A stretch of 64,000 nt of DNA, from positions 1 through 64,000 of IMG/VR virus record IMGVR_UViG_3300033074_001674; one strand, given 5' to 3'. The first letter of the stretch is position 1, and every line of letters starts with the position of its first letter. The stretch is from a virus (lineage: Duplodnaviria; Caudoviricetes). A program made the position numbers and the translations under genes. The notes under the pieces are model-generated. The model saw nothing but the letters and a program-made list of their open reading frames with translations. It was not told the DNA's origin and did no database searches. Below, in pieces: positions 53,817 to 63,779 of the stretch.

Positions 53817-54406
53817 TACTTCTTCCCCTTGGCCGCAGCCCCGGCCTTCTTGTTTAGATGTGTAATAAGTGCGATTCCGTCATCCATTGACAGTGACTTA
53901 ATTGGCACTTCCTTACCTATTACATCTCTAATTAGGTCTGCCTCAGAAATGCCAAGCTTTTCACGCAAATGACATATTAGCATTTCCTGGTGTGCTCCGA
54001 TTTTAGATACAGGGGCACTCACAAAATCCTCCAGGGCCGCACCCTTTTCTTCAACAGAGCACAGGCTTATATTAAATGCCGCTCTTAATGCGCGAGCCTT
54101 TGCTCTACTCTCTGCTATAGCAGTTAAAAACTTGCCGAAATCTCCCTTGCAAGATTCAATTGTGGCGTCTGCGCTGCCCTCATATGTGCCATCCTCGAAA
54201 TGATATGTATAAGTGCACATTACTCCATAAAAGTTGTTTCCAGCAGACATTGGGACAGGCCTGGACGCAGTCCCTTTTAATCCTCTATCTCTGGCAAGCT
54301 TCTCTAGTCCACGCAGGTAAATAAACTTTTTATCACCCTCGACCTTAATATCTTCCTCTGCAACATCCTGAATATAATCATATGTTGGGTCAAATTTCTT
54401 GGACAT
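53816..54406 (-). CDS. Rad52/Sak-like single-strand annealing protein (putative)
   Basis: GL..LA, G.ADA, AIAESRAKARALR.A.NI...EE; C-terminal helical domain. Confidence 0.65.
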   Translation of the reverse strand: MSKKFDPTYDYIQDVAEEDIKVEGDKKFIYLRGLEKLARDRGLKGTASRPVPMSAGNNFYGVMCTYTYHFEDGTYEGSADATIESCKGDFGKFLTAIAESRAKARALRAAFNISLCSVEEKGAALEDFVSAPVSKIGAHQEMLICHLREKLGISEADLIRDVIGKEVPIKSLSMDDGIALITHLNKKAGAAAKGKK

Positions 54407-55013
54407 TCTTAACTCCTATTAAATCCCTTATATCTCCGTAATAACACATCTGATTTTCCGGTCGATTTAACGACTCATCATTGCCTAATGCATACCAGCC
54501 AGGCCATTGTTGGCGCGCAAACATTTCTAATTTCTTAACTGGAGAACCTTCCTCTTCGACTATTCTCTCTATATATTTATAGAGTTCGTCAGGTTTTCTA
54601 GAATGACCTCTGACCAACGCATCGAATTCCTGCTCCACATTTTGTGCATATCTCTTAGGGTTGCCAATTTTCCCCGCCAACACCGGCTCAACTGAGCCCT
54701 GCGAGCAGCATCGACCATAAGATTTGGCCTTTTTGCCATTCTTTGTTCTCTTAGTCCAGTAAAATGCCACAGTCTTATATGTGAAACCCCATGCCTCCAT
54801 CAGTTCTATGGCATTCTTAATTTCGGCATTGGCGGCCCACATAAATAGCCAGCAATTCTTGTTGCAAATAGATTTAACATCTAGCCTTTTCATATCAGAT
54901 AGTTTTAGTGTTGGATATTGATATTGAACGGCTAATGAATATTTGCCGAAGTATGCTGCCTCGAACCCCCAAGGAGGGTCGGCAAGCAATACATCAAATT
55001 TCTCTTTAATCAT
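54390..55013 (-). CDS. MT-A70 family N6-adenine methyltransferase
   Basis: ADPPW, YPT, LFMW, WGF.YKT, W.K, HSRKP, LEMFAR, GW..LGN. Confidence 0.93.
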   Translation of the reverse strand: MIKEKFDVLLADPPWGFEAAYFGKYSLAVQYQYPTLKLSDMKRLDVKSICNKNCWLFMWAANAEIKNAIELMEAWGFTYKTVAFYWTKRTKNGKKAKSYGRCCSQGSVEPVLAGKIGNPKRYAQNVEQEFDALVRGHSRKPDELYKYIERIVEEEGSPVKKLEMFARQQWPGWYALGNDESLNRPENQMCYYGDIRDLIGVKNVQEI

Positions 55014-55432
55014 TAACGCCGCCTCTTAAAGAATAGAACTAAGTTATCTTCTTCATGTTCCAGTTGAGATGTGTATATTTTCCCTCTAAATCTTACTGAG
55101 GCGCCATCATTTGTAACATCTTCCAATTTAAATACATACATATCCAAATTGGAGACTTGCTCAAAAGTCGCTGTTTCGAAATCTATAATCGCGCCACTAT
55201 TCTTATCTATTAGATAAAGCTTATCTGACCAGATTATCTTATCATTAAGGATTATGCTTTCACGATTTTTGTCATCATTTGACTGTACAAAACCAGTTGC
55301 CTTTAAATTATCATACCACTGTTTTGGCTCTTCTTCTTGGCCATAGGCCGCCATACAAAACATTGATATGGCTAAAAGACTAGAATAAAAAAATCTCATA
55401 TTAATCATCCCCATGTAATTTCCCACGCTCAT
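55013..55432 (-). CDS. hypothetical secreted protein
   Basis: Signal-like MRFFYSSLLAISMFCMAAYG (true start probably internal). Confidence 0.65.
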   Translation of the reverse strand: MSVGNYMGMINMRFFYSSLLAISMFCMAAYGQEEEPKQWYDNLKATGFVQSNDDKNRESIILNDKIIWSDKLYLIDKNSGAIIDFETATFEQVSNLDMYVFKLEDVTNDGASVRFRGKIYTSQLEHEEDNLVLFFKRRR

Positions 55433-55973
55433 AAAATGATGTTAAATAAGCGTCCTGCATATCTGATGCATGAACTATAAGGGCCTCAGGCGTAGCGGGC
55501 TCTACTGGAGAATGCCATTCGAGCCTGCCATGATGGGCTAAAATACAATGTCCAAAGTTAAGCTTTTGCTCATCGCTTATATCATAATTTTCTATATATG
55601 ACATAAGTAGATGATAACCAATAGGAATATGATGATGTAGCATATTAGCACGATTCTTAACAAATTTGTCCCCATTTGGCTCATAACACAGCATTTTGCC
55701 TACATCATGCAACAATGCAGCAGCAACAGTAACATTCATATCCACATTAGGATAAAGTAAACAAGTTTGTCCAGCCAATCTGGCGGTGAGCACACTGTGG
55801 TCGAACAGTCCGCCCTTATATGAGTGATGCTTATTGCATGAGGCAGGCCATGTTGTAAACTTTTCGTAATGCTCGTTCAAGAAATCTATTGCAAAATCAG
55901 CCCACTTATTCGAGAGCCACATCTTGGCCCATTGTTCGAATTCTTCTGGTTTAATTATATTCGGATTCTTCAA
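55401..55973 (-). CDS. HD-domain hydrolase (YhaM-like)
   Basis: PA...HH...GGL..HS, LLHDVGK, HCILAHHG..EW.SP, EA..VH..D..D. Confidence 0.9.
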   Translation of the reverse strand: MKNPNIIKPEEFEQWAKMWLSNKWADFAIDFLNEHYEKFTTWPASCNKHHSYKGGLFDHSVLTARLAGQTCLLYPNVDMNVTVAAALLHDVGKMLCYEPNGDKFVKNRANMLHHHIPIGYHLLMSYIENYDISDEQKLNFGHCILAHHGRLEWHSPVEPATPEALIVHASDMQDAYLTSFYERGKLHGDD

Positions 55974-56157
55974 CTTCGGCTATCCTTTCAATGGTCCCTG
56001 CAAGCCCCTTGCCTATTTTCTCGCAGAATTTGCCAAATTCATTAACAGTCATAACTATATCGCCATCTATAGATAGTTCGCTCTTTTTAATGCCTTTAAA
56101 CACTTCGCGCCTAAAAACTCTTAATAGAGTGCCCAAATTAATACGCACTTTTGTCAC
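55951..56157 (-). CDS. hypothetical protein
   Basis: Coupled ORF. Confidence 0.6.
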   Translation of the reverse strand: MTKVRINLGTLLRVFRREVFKGIKKSELSIDGDIVMTVNEFGKFCEKIGKGLAGTIERIAEVEESEYN

Positions 56158-56945
56158 TTTGCCTCTACAATATGTAACGTGTTATGCGGCCCATTCTTTA
56201 AAATCATCAGTATAGCATCAACTGTTCTAGTACAAAAAGCCCTAGAATATCCACTGCTCATATCCCTACATCTAATTACAGTCCATCCTGCGCTAATTAA
56301 AAGGTCATCTTTCCGCGCATCCTTTTCTTGAACAACGGCCAATCTTTCCTCTCCATAAATAGGAAGGAAGTGCGTTGCTCCATCCCACTCTATTGCCATT
56401 TTGTGGTCTGGCAGCGCGATGTCAATTTCAAATTGACCACCTGGAGTATATTCTTTGGAGCGCTGAACCACATTGAATCCTTGCTCTTCAAGTAAAGCGG
56501 CCACGGCATTTTCACTTTTGCTGCCCTTACCAGATGAGTTTGCGCTAGCGAGATGCATTCGCTTAATTATTTCATTACGTTCCTTTTCAGAAAGTCCATC
56601 CCATTGGTCTTTGGCGAGTTTGGCCAATTTCTTCCGCAAGTTCTCTGCGCGCTTATTCTTCTTATCTGAATCTGCATGCCAGAAGTGGTGCAGGCCCAAA
56701 GAAATTTTCTCCTTTTCCTCCTCGGTCCTAGACCTCCCCTCCATTGGGTGGCCATTCCTATTCAGGTTAATCTTTTGCGCATCGCTCTTTGAGCGGGGCT
56801 GGATTCCCTGTCGTATTAGTTCTCTTCTTATGGTATTAGGGAATACCCCGTGTTCATCCGCGATATCTGATGTGGAACGCTTTTTAACTACGAATTCCCG
56901 ATAAAGATACTCAGGGTCTTTCCAGGCTCCAAAACTTTTCTTCAT
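56154..56945 (-). CDS. Vsr/DUF559-like (PD-(D/E)xK) homing-type endonuclease with N-terminal HTH
   Basis: SK.E, EIDI, AIEWDG..H, D..KD..L...GW.VIR; NUMOD-like HPM.GR.RTEE.K.KIS. Confidence 0.82.
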   Translation of the reverse strand: MKKSFGAWKDPEYLYREFVVKKRSTSDIADEHGVFPNTIRRELIRQGIQPRSKSDAQKINLNRNGHPMEGRSRTEEEKEKISLGLHHFWHADSDKKNKRAENLRKKLAKLAKDQWDGLSEKERNEIIKRMHLASANSSGKGSKSENAVAALLEEQGFNVVQRSKEYTPGGQFEIDIALPDHKMAIEWDGATHFLPIYGEERLAVVQEKDARKDDLLISAGWTVIRCRDMSSGYSRAFCTRTVDAILMILKNGPHNTLHIVEAK

Positions 56946-57238
56946 TGCGTGTCATCCTCACTATCTAGCCAATCAAAATCGTCATAATCGTCATAATCGT
57001 CATCTGGGGGCCGAGGCATGGCTAGTAAGCCATCTATTATTTCATCCGTTATCTCAACCGGCTCTGCTCTTGGTACAAGACCGATAAATATCGCAGATTC
57101 TACATCTTCCCTACGAAATACATCATCATATCCAACTATCACAATTGGATAGGATTTGACGGCCTCTTCGTAGAAGCCAACTGTCCATCCGTGTCGCCCT
57201 AACATTTTAAGCCAATAAAAGCCGCTTCTTTCAAACAT
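56942..57238 (-). CDS. hypothetical protein with acidic tail
   Basis: Coupled ORF. Confidence 0.65.
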   Translation of the reverse strand: MFERSGFYWLKMLGRHGWTVGFYEEAVKSYPIVIVGYDDVFRREDVESAIFIGLVPRAEPVEITDEIIDGLLAMPRPPDDDYDDYDDFDWLDSEDDTQ

Positions 57239-57572
57239 TTAACATCTTCCTAATATCTGTTGTTGGAAAACATTCTTCTGCTTCGGCCAAAAATGTATCT
57301 ATGTCTACATTATATTTTTCTAGACAATGCTTAAGACCTAATTTAATATCACCAAGGAAAATAGCATCAACCGGCCGATGGAAGCGCGACTTTTTAGTTA
57401 TTGCCTTTGGCTGCTCAGGCTCTTTAGGCGCCTCTTTTAGAAAGACATCCTCGATTATCATTGAGATTTGGTCTGGTTGAAATGCATTTCTCTTTGTAAT
57501 AAAATAAAATGAGCGGCCATCTTTTTCCACAACATCGCATCTATACTTTATTGTCCCCACGCAATTCCTCAA
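57231..57572 (-). CDS. hypothetical protein
   Basis: Coupled ORF. Confidence 0.65.
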   Translation of the reverse strand: MRNCVGTIKYRCDVVEKDGRSFYFITKRNAFQPDQISMIIEDVFLKEAPKEPEQPKAITKKSRFHRPVDAIFLGDIKLGLKHCLEKYNVDIDTFLAEAEECFPTTDIRKMLNV

Positions 57573-57798
57573 TTTTCTTTTGTTGGACCTTTTTTGTCAT
57601 TCCGCTTTTTCGGATTTCACTAATTTTATCAGCAAGTTCAATTGATTTTCTATATGATGCCAAATGAACTAATTCTTTTCTAATATCTTCCAAAGATAGA
57701 CCGAGCTGTTTAGCGAATGCCTTTGGCGGCGCGCCTCTATCTACCAGCTCCACGAAGATTTTTTGTTGACTCAGACTGAGCTTTCCGCACTCTCTCAT
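57541..57798 (-). CDS. HTH-like protein
   Basis: LS..Q..IF...RG......AKQLGLS...I. Confidence 0.65.
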   Translation of the reverse strand: MRECGKLSLSQQKIFVELVDRGAPPKAFAKQLGLSLEDIRKELVHLASYRKSIELADKISEIRKSGMTKKVQQKKIEELRGDNKV

Positions 57799-57964
57799 TT
57801 CGCCTCACCTCATAAACTGAACTCTCCATAAAACAGTGCCCCTCTGGGCACACAAAATCTTCTGTTATTTTCCCCGTAGTATAGTTAAGTGCTCGCTCCT
57901 TAACATATACAAAACCAACTCCACACTCTGGACAACTTTTATTGTCATCTCTTACATAATACAT
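57737..57964 (-). CDS. zinc-ribbon protein
   Basis: CPECG...CPEGH. Confidence 0.65.
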   Translation of the reverse strand: MYYVRDDNKSCPECGVGFVYVKERALNYTTGKITEDFVCPEGHCFMESSVYEVRRNERVRKAQSESTKNLRGAGR

Positions 57965-58140
57965 AATTCACCTAAATGTTAAATGAAAAGGTCCCCGCCA
58001 GCTCCTGGATTAGCCGAAAAATAACCATATGAAATAATAAGCCATTACACCCAACAATAATATTGAGCAGACAATTCCAGCCTCTGCAGACGATAGTGGA
58101 GCGTCAAATGCTTCCCCATCTTCATTTTCATATAAAGCCA

Positions 58141-59103
58141 TTATGACAATCTCTTTAATTCCGCTTCCATCATATCTTCAACAAGACCTTTAAACGAATA
58201 GAGTGGCAACCAGCCTAATATTTTCCTGGCCTTTGATGAGTCTCCAAGCAATAAATCTACCTCAGCAGGCCTAATTAAGGCCGGGTCTTGAACCACGTGG
58301 TCTTTCCAATTCAATCCTACATGACCAAAGGCTAGCTCTAGAAACTCTCTAATAGAATGTGTCTCATCACTAGATAGGATGAAATCATCTGGCTCTGCGT
58401 GTTCAATAATTAACTGCATACCCCTCACAAAATCCTTGGCATGGCTCCAATCTCTTTTAGAATCAAGATTGCCAAGGGAGACCGTCCCCCCTCCAGCTTT
58501 TGCTATTTGGGCCGCCGCACTGCATATTTTGCGGGTAACGAACTCAATTCCACGTCTAGGACCTTCGTGGTTAAAACCAATCATATTACATGCAAACATC
58601 CCATATGACTCTCTATATACTCTAGTCATCCAATAGCCTGCCAATTTAGCAACTCCATATGGAGACCTTGGATAGAAGGGAGTATTTTCCGTCTGCGGAG
58701 TTTCTTGGACTCTGCCGAACATTTCGCTGGAAGAACATTGCAAGAACCGACATTCTGGCCTGGCCAATCTAAGGGCTTCTAGACAATTTGTAACGCCTAA
58801 ATCTGTGGCTAGTTGGGTATGTACTGGTTGAGACCAACTTAATCCAACATAAGATTGTGCTGCGCAGTTGTAAAAATAGTCAGGCTTATACTTCTCTATT
58901 AATCGAATTATAGAGCCAGAATCGGTAATATCTCCATAGTCCAATACAAAATTATGATTGTCCTTAAGGTGCTCTACGCGCCAGTCTCCTCCGCCAGAGC
59001 GGCGACGCGACATTCCTATTACACGTTCTCCCTGCATTAGTAGACTGTCAGCCAAATATGAGCCGGTCTGACCAGTCACGCCAGTAATTAGGCTAGTTGC
59101 CAT
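58141..59103 (-). CDS. gmd: GDP-mannose 4,6-dehydratase
   Basis: LITGVTGQTGSYLA, AAQSYV..S, SSSEMFG, PFYPRSPYGVAK, FNHE.PRRG..FVTRK, GNLD.KRDW, RPAEVDLLLGD. Confidence 0.95.
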   Translation of the reverse strand: MATSLITGVTGQTGSYLADSLLMQGERVIGMSRRRSGGGDWRVEHLKDNHNFVLDYGDITDSGSIIRLIEKYKPDYFYNCAAQSYVGLSWSQPVHTQLATDLGVTNCLEALRLARPECRFLQCSSSEMFGRVQETPQTENTPFYPRSPYGVAKLAGYWMTRVYRESYGMFACNMIGFNHEGPRRGIEFVTRKICSAAAQIAKAGGGTVSLGNLDSKRDWSHAKDFVRGMQLIIEHAEPDDFILSSDETHSIREFLELAFGHVGLNWKDHVVQDPALIRPAEVDLLLGDSSKARKILGWLPLYSFKGLVEDMMEAELKRLS

Positions 59104-59326
59104 AAGACTTAACCTCTTCTCCACCAAATCCGGTCAATTTATTGATTTCGGATTTTAATGCTGCTCGTTCCTTGCACAACGCGATATCTTTAGATATCAC
59201 GGCAGCCATCTCTTCTTTTGTATATTTAAGAGGGTCGGCAGCCATATCTGCCTTTTTATCGCATATTGCAAAAAGCTTACAATTACAGATTGATAATCTA
59301 TCTATCAAGTCGCCCAAATTAACCAT
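59093..59326 (-). CDS. small helical protein often linked to sugar-modification genes
   Basis: LGDLIDRLSI...R..LK.EIN pattern. Confidence 0.65.
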   Translation of the reverse strand: MVNLGDLIDRLSICNCKLFAICDKKADMAADPLKYTKEEMAAVISKDIALCKERAALKSEINKLTGFGGEEVKSYGN

Positions 59327-59768
59327 TGTAATGCAATCCTAAACTATTTATATTGATTAGTTGAACATCTTTGTATTCATGTATAGAAGCATATTCCAGC
59401 CCCAACTTAATTGCTTCTTCTATTGTTGGAACCATAAATGATGCCTTATCGTTTCTTCTATCCTTTTTAATCGGATGTGTTCCAGAAAACTCAACTCTAT
59501 ATGCACTTGAGATAAGAGTCTCATTTGGAACTAACACCATACTTCTTCTATTTACAAAATCTGCCTTAAAGTTGATTTCATTTTTGCCTTTTGAATAACT
59601 CTCTGCTTTCTTTATGGCGCTAACTATATCTGGTGCGACACAAATAATTTGCTTATGATAATAGAATGGATGATGTTTCTTGGTGTGTTCTGACCATTCC
59701 CATGCCCTATATGAAATATAGTAGGTTTGCTTTTCAGTAAAATCTTTTAAATTCATTGCAATTTCCAC
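59319..59768 (-). CDS. hypothetical protein (two similar small domains)
   Basis: APDIVSAIKKA / VPTIEEAIKLG. Confidence 0.65.
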   Translation of the reverse strand: MEIAMNLKDFTEKQTYYISYRAWEWSEHTKKHHPFYYHKQIICVAPDIVSAIKKAESYSKGKNEINFKADFVNRRSMVLVPNETLISSAYRVEFSGTHPIKKDRRNDKASFMVPTIEEAIKLGLEYASIHEYKDVQLININSLGLHYNG

Positions 59769-60076
59769 TTTAATTCATTTGCTCTACGAGCTAGATTTTC
59801 TAATGTATTCCAAGACACTTCGTATTTTCTAATAATTTCAGGAACTTCTTCTTTGTCTCCCAAACAACCAACAACATGTAATATATCTCTAATCTCATCC
59901 ATCTCTTCTTTTTCTAATTGATATTTCATTTCTTCCTATTCCTTTTCTTTGTGCGGCCTAACTCTAGTTCTTCCTTGATAATTCTAATGTCGCGAGCTCG
60001 GCGTCTTTTTGCGTTTACTTTCTTTCCGCCTTTATGGGCATGCTTGCCCCACTCGCCTTCTAGATAGCAATTGTCT

Positions 60077-60442
60077 TTATTGCCTATTTGGGCCATACTT
60101 TAAACTATCCAAATAATTTCTACATTTTGTTAAGAGTACATTCGCTCCATAAGAAGATATTTCTGCAGGCATATTTATATTTCTAAATTCAGCAAGACAT
60201 TTCTTGCTCCATAAATTGAAAAGATTCCTTTTGAGTTTGATTTCTTTTCTGTTAGTTGCATCCCATTTTTTAAATATAGCTATAGTTTCACATACAGAAC
60301 TATGCGCAGAACTAAATTTATGTGCCCAATGTTGATTGTTGTGCTTTTTAAGTAAATTAATAAGGACTATCTCTGCTTTACTATGTCCAATAGTTGGAAT
60401 GCGTAGTTTGGCTCTAGTAGATGAATGTCTAGCTTTGCCCAT
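60077..60442 (-). CDS. hypothetical basic protein
   Basis: 121 aa ORF. Confidence 0.6.
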   Translation of the reverse strand: MGKARHSSTRAKLRIPTIGHSKAEIVLINLLKKHNNQHWAHKFSSAHSSVCETIAIFKKWDATNRKEIKLKRNLFNLWSKKCLAEFRNINMPAEISSYGANVLLTKCRNYLDSLKYGPNRQ

Positions 60443-60614
60443 TAGTTAAAAACTCTTCCCTAAATTTTCTAGCAACTGACTGTGGCCCACACTTAAAATG
60501 CTCATCGCATAAGTAGCCTACAATCCACCTGCCATCATCAGATAGTAGATTATATGAACCTATTTTAAGGCAAACGGCGCATGGGCCCATTCGTTCATTA
60601 TTATAGCAGACCAT
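60429..60614 (-). CDS. small Cys/His protein
   Basis: CAVC...LCDEH. Confidence 0.6.
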   Translation of the reverse strand: MVCYNNERMGPCAVCLKIGSYNLLSDDGRWIVGYLCDEHFKCGPQSVARKFREEFLTNGQS

Positions 60615-60862
60615 TAAACTTCTCCATCCTTAAACTCGACATCTACATCAGTTGGACCAATTATATTGCACCACGTTCCTACGTAATCTGACTGCCCGCC
60701 ATAGTATAATTCATAAGCTGACCCTGGTCCTGCATCCCATTTATGAACTATAAATCCACATTCATTACAATAAATAATCGCATCTGTCTTATTAGTAAAG
60801 AGGGCTAACTTGCCAAATTCTATAGCGTCCCAACAGCCAATAAGAACTGTCCAAATTTTCAT
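60614..60862 (-). CDS. small protein, distant paralog of 61584..61766
   Basis: MKIW.V.IG.WD...F..K.DA..Y...GP..V. Confidence 0.65.
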   Translation of the reverse strand: MKIWTVLIGCWDAIEFGKLALFTNKTDAIIYCNECGFIVHKWDAGPGSAYELYYGGQSDYVGTWCNIIGPTDVDVEFKDGEV

Positions 60863-61045
60863 TATTCCACCTCAAATGGCCCTTCAACATCGCTCCATAA
60901 AGAATGTTCATAGCGCTTAGGGTCTTTATCTCTTATTTCTTTTTCCTTGGCAGCAACATAATATTGTGCTTCTTTTTCGTTCTTCCAAACACGCATTTCA
61001 AACACATCTTCCCACTCGCCAATTTTGACTAATATAAACCTTCAT
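60862..61045 (-). pseudogene. frameshifted paralog of 61584..61766
   Basis: MKVYISQ then +1 nt, continuing IGEWEDVFEMRVW...SLWSDVEGPFEVE*. Confidence 0.75.
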
Positions 61046-61587
61046 GATACCGTCCTAAAAGTAATTGATATGCGACGCCCTCTCTTGATGGGCTTGCCAC
61101 TTTCTTCATCATATTGAACACGCTTTATTTCGTGCATCCAATTCCACCTAGCATCATCTGTTAAAACAAGCAAGGAGCGCGGTTCGAGCCCAACTGAATA
61201 TCTATCTCTGCCATTGGACAATTCCATAGTAGTGTAAGAATTCAAGGACACGCTGGCTACGGTTGGGCCGAACAATTTATTATCGACATGTGCAGAAATT
61301 CCTTGTCCCGGCACATATTCATTTATGATTGCCTGGTCTGGTATTCGATGAAAATAACCTTCCTGCCATAACAGTTTTGCAATTGGATATAGCCATAGAG
61401 GAATTTCTTGTACGCTGTGAGAATATAAATTTTTGCCCTTAACATTATATGGATAGCCATACTGTTGGCGTCTTCTTCTTAATTCATTATCCCATGGCAT
61501 AGAATCTATTTTGGCCAGCAATTCAGATTCTTCCACTTTTAGTAACCACTCTGGATAATAAAATAGACCTTCTGGAATTTTACTCAT
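61042..61587 (-). CDS. AlkB-family 2OG-Fe(II) dioxygenase
   Basis: RRRQQYGY.Y, INEY.PGQGISAHVD, SL, W.HEI, RISITFR. Confidence 0.92.
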   Translation of the reverse strand: MSKIPEGLFYYPEWLLKVEESELLAKIDSMPWDNELRRRRQQYGYPYNVKGKNLYSHSVQEIPLWLYPIAKLLWQEGYFHRIPDQAIINEYVPGQGISAHVDNKLFGPTVASVSLNSYTTMELSNGRDRYSVGLEPRSLLVLTDDARWNWMHEIKRVQYDEESGKPIKRGRRISITFRTVS

Positions 61588-61766
61588 TCTACCTCAAATG
61601 GCCCTTCTACATCACACCACAAAGAATATTTATAGTTCTCGGGATTTTTTTGTTTCATATCTGAAACTTTATTATTAGCATATTTCCATGCATCATTTTC
61701 TTTTTCAAAAACACGCATTTCTAATACATCATCCCATTCGCCGATTTGAGCTATATAAACTTTCAT
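61584..61766 (-). CDS. small hypothetical protein
   Basis: 60 aa; near-duplicate on the other side of the AlkB gene. Confidence 0.75.
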   Translation of the reverse strand: MKVYIAQIGEWDDVLEMRVFEKENDAWKYANNKVSDMKQKNPENYKYSLWCDVEGPFEVE

Positions 61767-61923
61767 GTAGCACTATACTTAATATTAGATGGTGGTGGAT
61801 TTAATTTTACATAGTCCCAACAAGACTTGCACCAATTATAGCCATTAGTATAATATGTTGAAGGTATACTGTAACACATTTCAAGCCAACCGCAATGATT
61901 ACATCTTGCGTATTTATCAAAAC

Positions 61924-62979
61924 TTATTCTGACCGCATCCATTTTACAACTTCCTTAATAGATTCAGAGAGGGGTATTTCAGCCTGGAATCCTAATAGCT
62001 CAGCAGCCTTGCTTACATCTGGAATACGACGTTGCACGTCAAATTGGAATGGTTTATCGCTCACATGACGAAATGGCTTATCTCCATTGATTTCCTTCCA
62101 AACCATTTCTGCCAATTCTAGCACAGATGTAGGCAGCGGTGTGCTAATATTAAAATCCTCATTAAAACCCTTCTCGGATTCCATTGCTATTACAATACCG
62201 CGCGCAATATCCTTGCCGTTCGTGTAACACCGTACCTGAGAACCATCTCCTAATATATGGAGTGGGTCTTGACCCTTCAAGCATTTATTAACGAGGTCTG
62301 GAAGCACATGACTCATCTGTAGTTTGACGTTGCCACTCATTACCTCGGCCTCCCCCAGAGCCTCATTCTCATATGCACCCACGGCGTTGAAGGGACGAAC
62401 TATTGTATAAGGAACTTCAAACTCCTCCCATGCAGCTCTCGCCCATACCTCAGCAAATGCCTTTTGTGCTCCATAGCAAGATAAAGGAGGAGGCAATACA
62501 TTAATCGCACCTTCGTATGTAGGCCATGTGTTTAATTCTGCATCAAATGTATCCGAATTAAAATCTCTCATATTTACATAGTACTGGTCGGCACCTTCGT
62601 ATACCATAGATGAAGAAATTACTACAATTCTTTTTAATCTTCCTCCACCTCTCACCAAATCAATAGCAGTATCAAATGTATTAGCTAAAATCTTTTCATT
62701 GTTTCTAACAATCTTATATGGATACTTTGAGAAATATGAAATTCCTCCTATCGCCGCAGCTCCGGCGATAATATAATCTACATCTATAAGTGGTAATCTA
62801 TTTTCTGTAAGGTCTAATTCAATTAGTTTAAAATTATCTCTAGAATCTTGTGGTCGAATAACTCTTCCATATTTTGAATAATTGTCTATAGAATATACTA
62901 TATATCCTTTGTCTAGTAGATAATTAGCTAAATAAGAACCAATAAATCCCTGTCCACCTGTTAATATTACACTTTTCAT
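61924..62979 (-). CDS. NAD-dependent nucleotide-sugar epimerase/dehydratase
   Basis: TGGQGFIGS, SSS.VY, YGAQK, RPFN..G, GDG.Q.R, RRIPD..KA. Confidence 0.93.
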   Translation of the reverse strand: MKSVILTGGQGFIGSYLANYLLDKGYIVYSIDNYSKYGRVIRPQDSRDNFKLIELDLTENRLPLIDVDYIIAGAAAIGGISYFSKYPYKIVRNNEKILANTFDTAIDLVRGGGRLKRIVVISSSMVYEGADQYYVNMRDFNSDTFDAELNTWPTYEGAINVLPPPLSCYGAQKAFAEVWARAAWEEFEVPYTIVRPFNAVGAYENEALGEAEVMSGNVKLQMSHVLPDLVNKCLKGQDPLHILGDGSQVRCYTNGKDIARGIVIAMESEKGFNEDFNISTPLPTSVLELAEMVWKEINGDKPFRHVSDKPFQFDVQRRIPDVSKAAELLGFQAEIPLSESIKEVVKWMRSE

Positions 62980-63779
62980 TTTATGTGCTTCCAAGTCCTA
63001 TTTGTCAAAATGTAACCAATTACACTTCTAGATACATTAAATTTAGATGCCAAATCTTTATTGCGCCAGCCATCCCTATAAAGTTTTTTAATTTCAGAAA
63101 CTTCCGAATCTTTCAGAGTCGCGCATTTATGTTTTTCACCAGCATTTTTGCCTTTACAAGCAGCAGATAGTTTTGCTCGTTCTTCTAAAGTTTTAGCTCT
63201 ACCAGAATTTGCCTTGCTTATTAATTGTTTTGTTTTTTCTGAATGTTTCTTTCCATAGAAATGATTTAATTCGCCAGAAAATTTTTCTCCTTGACCAAAC
63301 GCTGGATTTTGTTCTCCATATAGCCCAGGGCCACGACTTGGCTCGATTTGTATATTAAAACCAAAATTTGAATTAGTAGATTTATATAAGGAGAAAAACT
63401 GATTCTCAAACTCGTATAGCTTCTCTTCTTTATCAACTATATCAATAATTTCAAACAAAAATTTATCTTGACCGTAAATATTAAAAGTATTTTGCAAATG
63501 TTTATTTTCATGTCTATTTTTAAGTAATTTATTCTTATGGTCAGATAACCTTTTCTTTACATCGCTAGAACTTCCTATATATACTTTATTATTTCCCAGA
63601 CAAGTTATTTTATAAATACCACAAATGGAAATTCTTATTTGTCTAATATATTTAGCTGTTATATTTAATACGTAACTAATTTGCAATGGAGATGCTAATC
63701 TGCATGCAATCTTAATAACTCTTTTTAAAGATGGAGTAATTTTAGCTCCACTTTTAATTCTATTATTCCTATTGCCCAT
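62976..63779 (-). mobile_element. GIY-YIG homing endonuclease with NUMOD3-like repeats and C-terminal HTH
   Basis: GIYKI...KVYIGSS....R...H, N..LQ, E, FN; NHFYGKKHSEKTK..IS. Confidence 0.92.
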
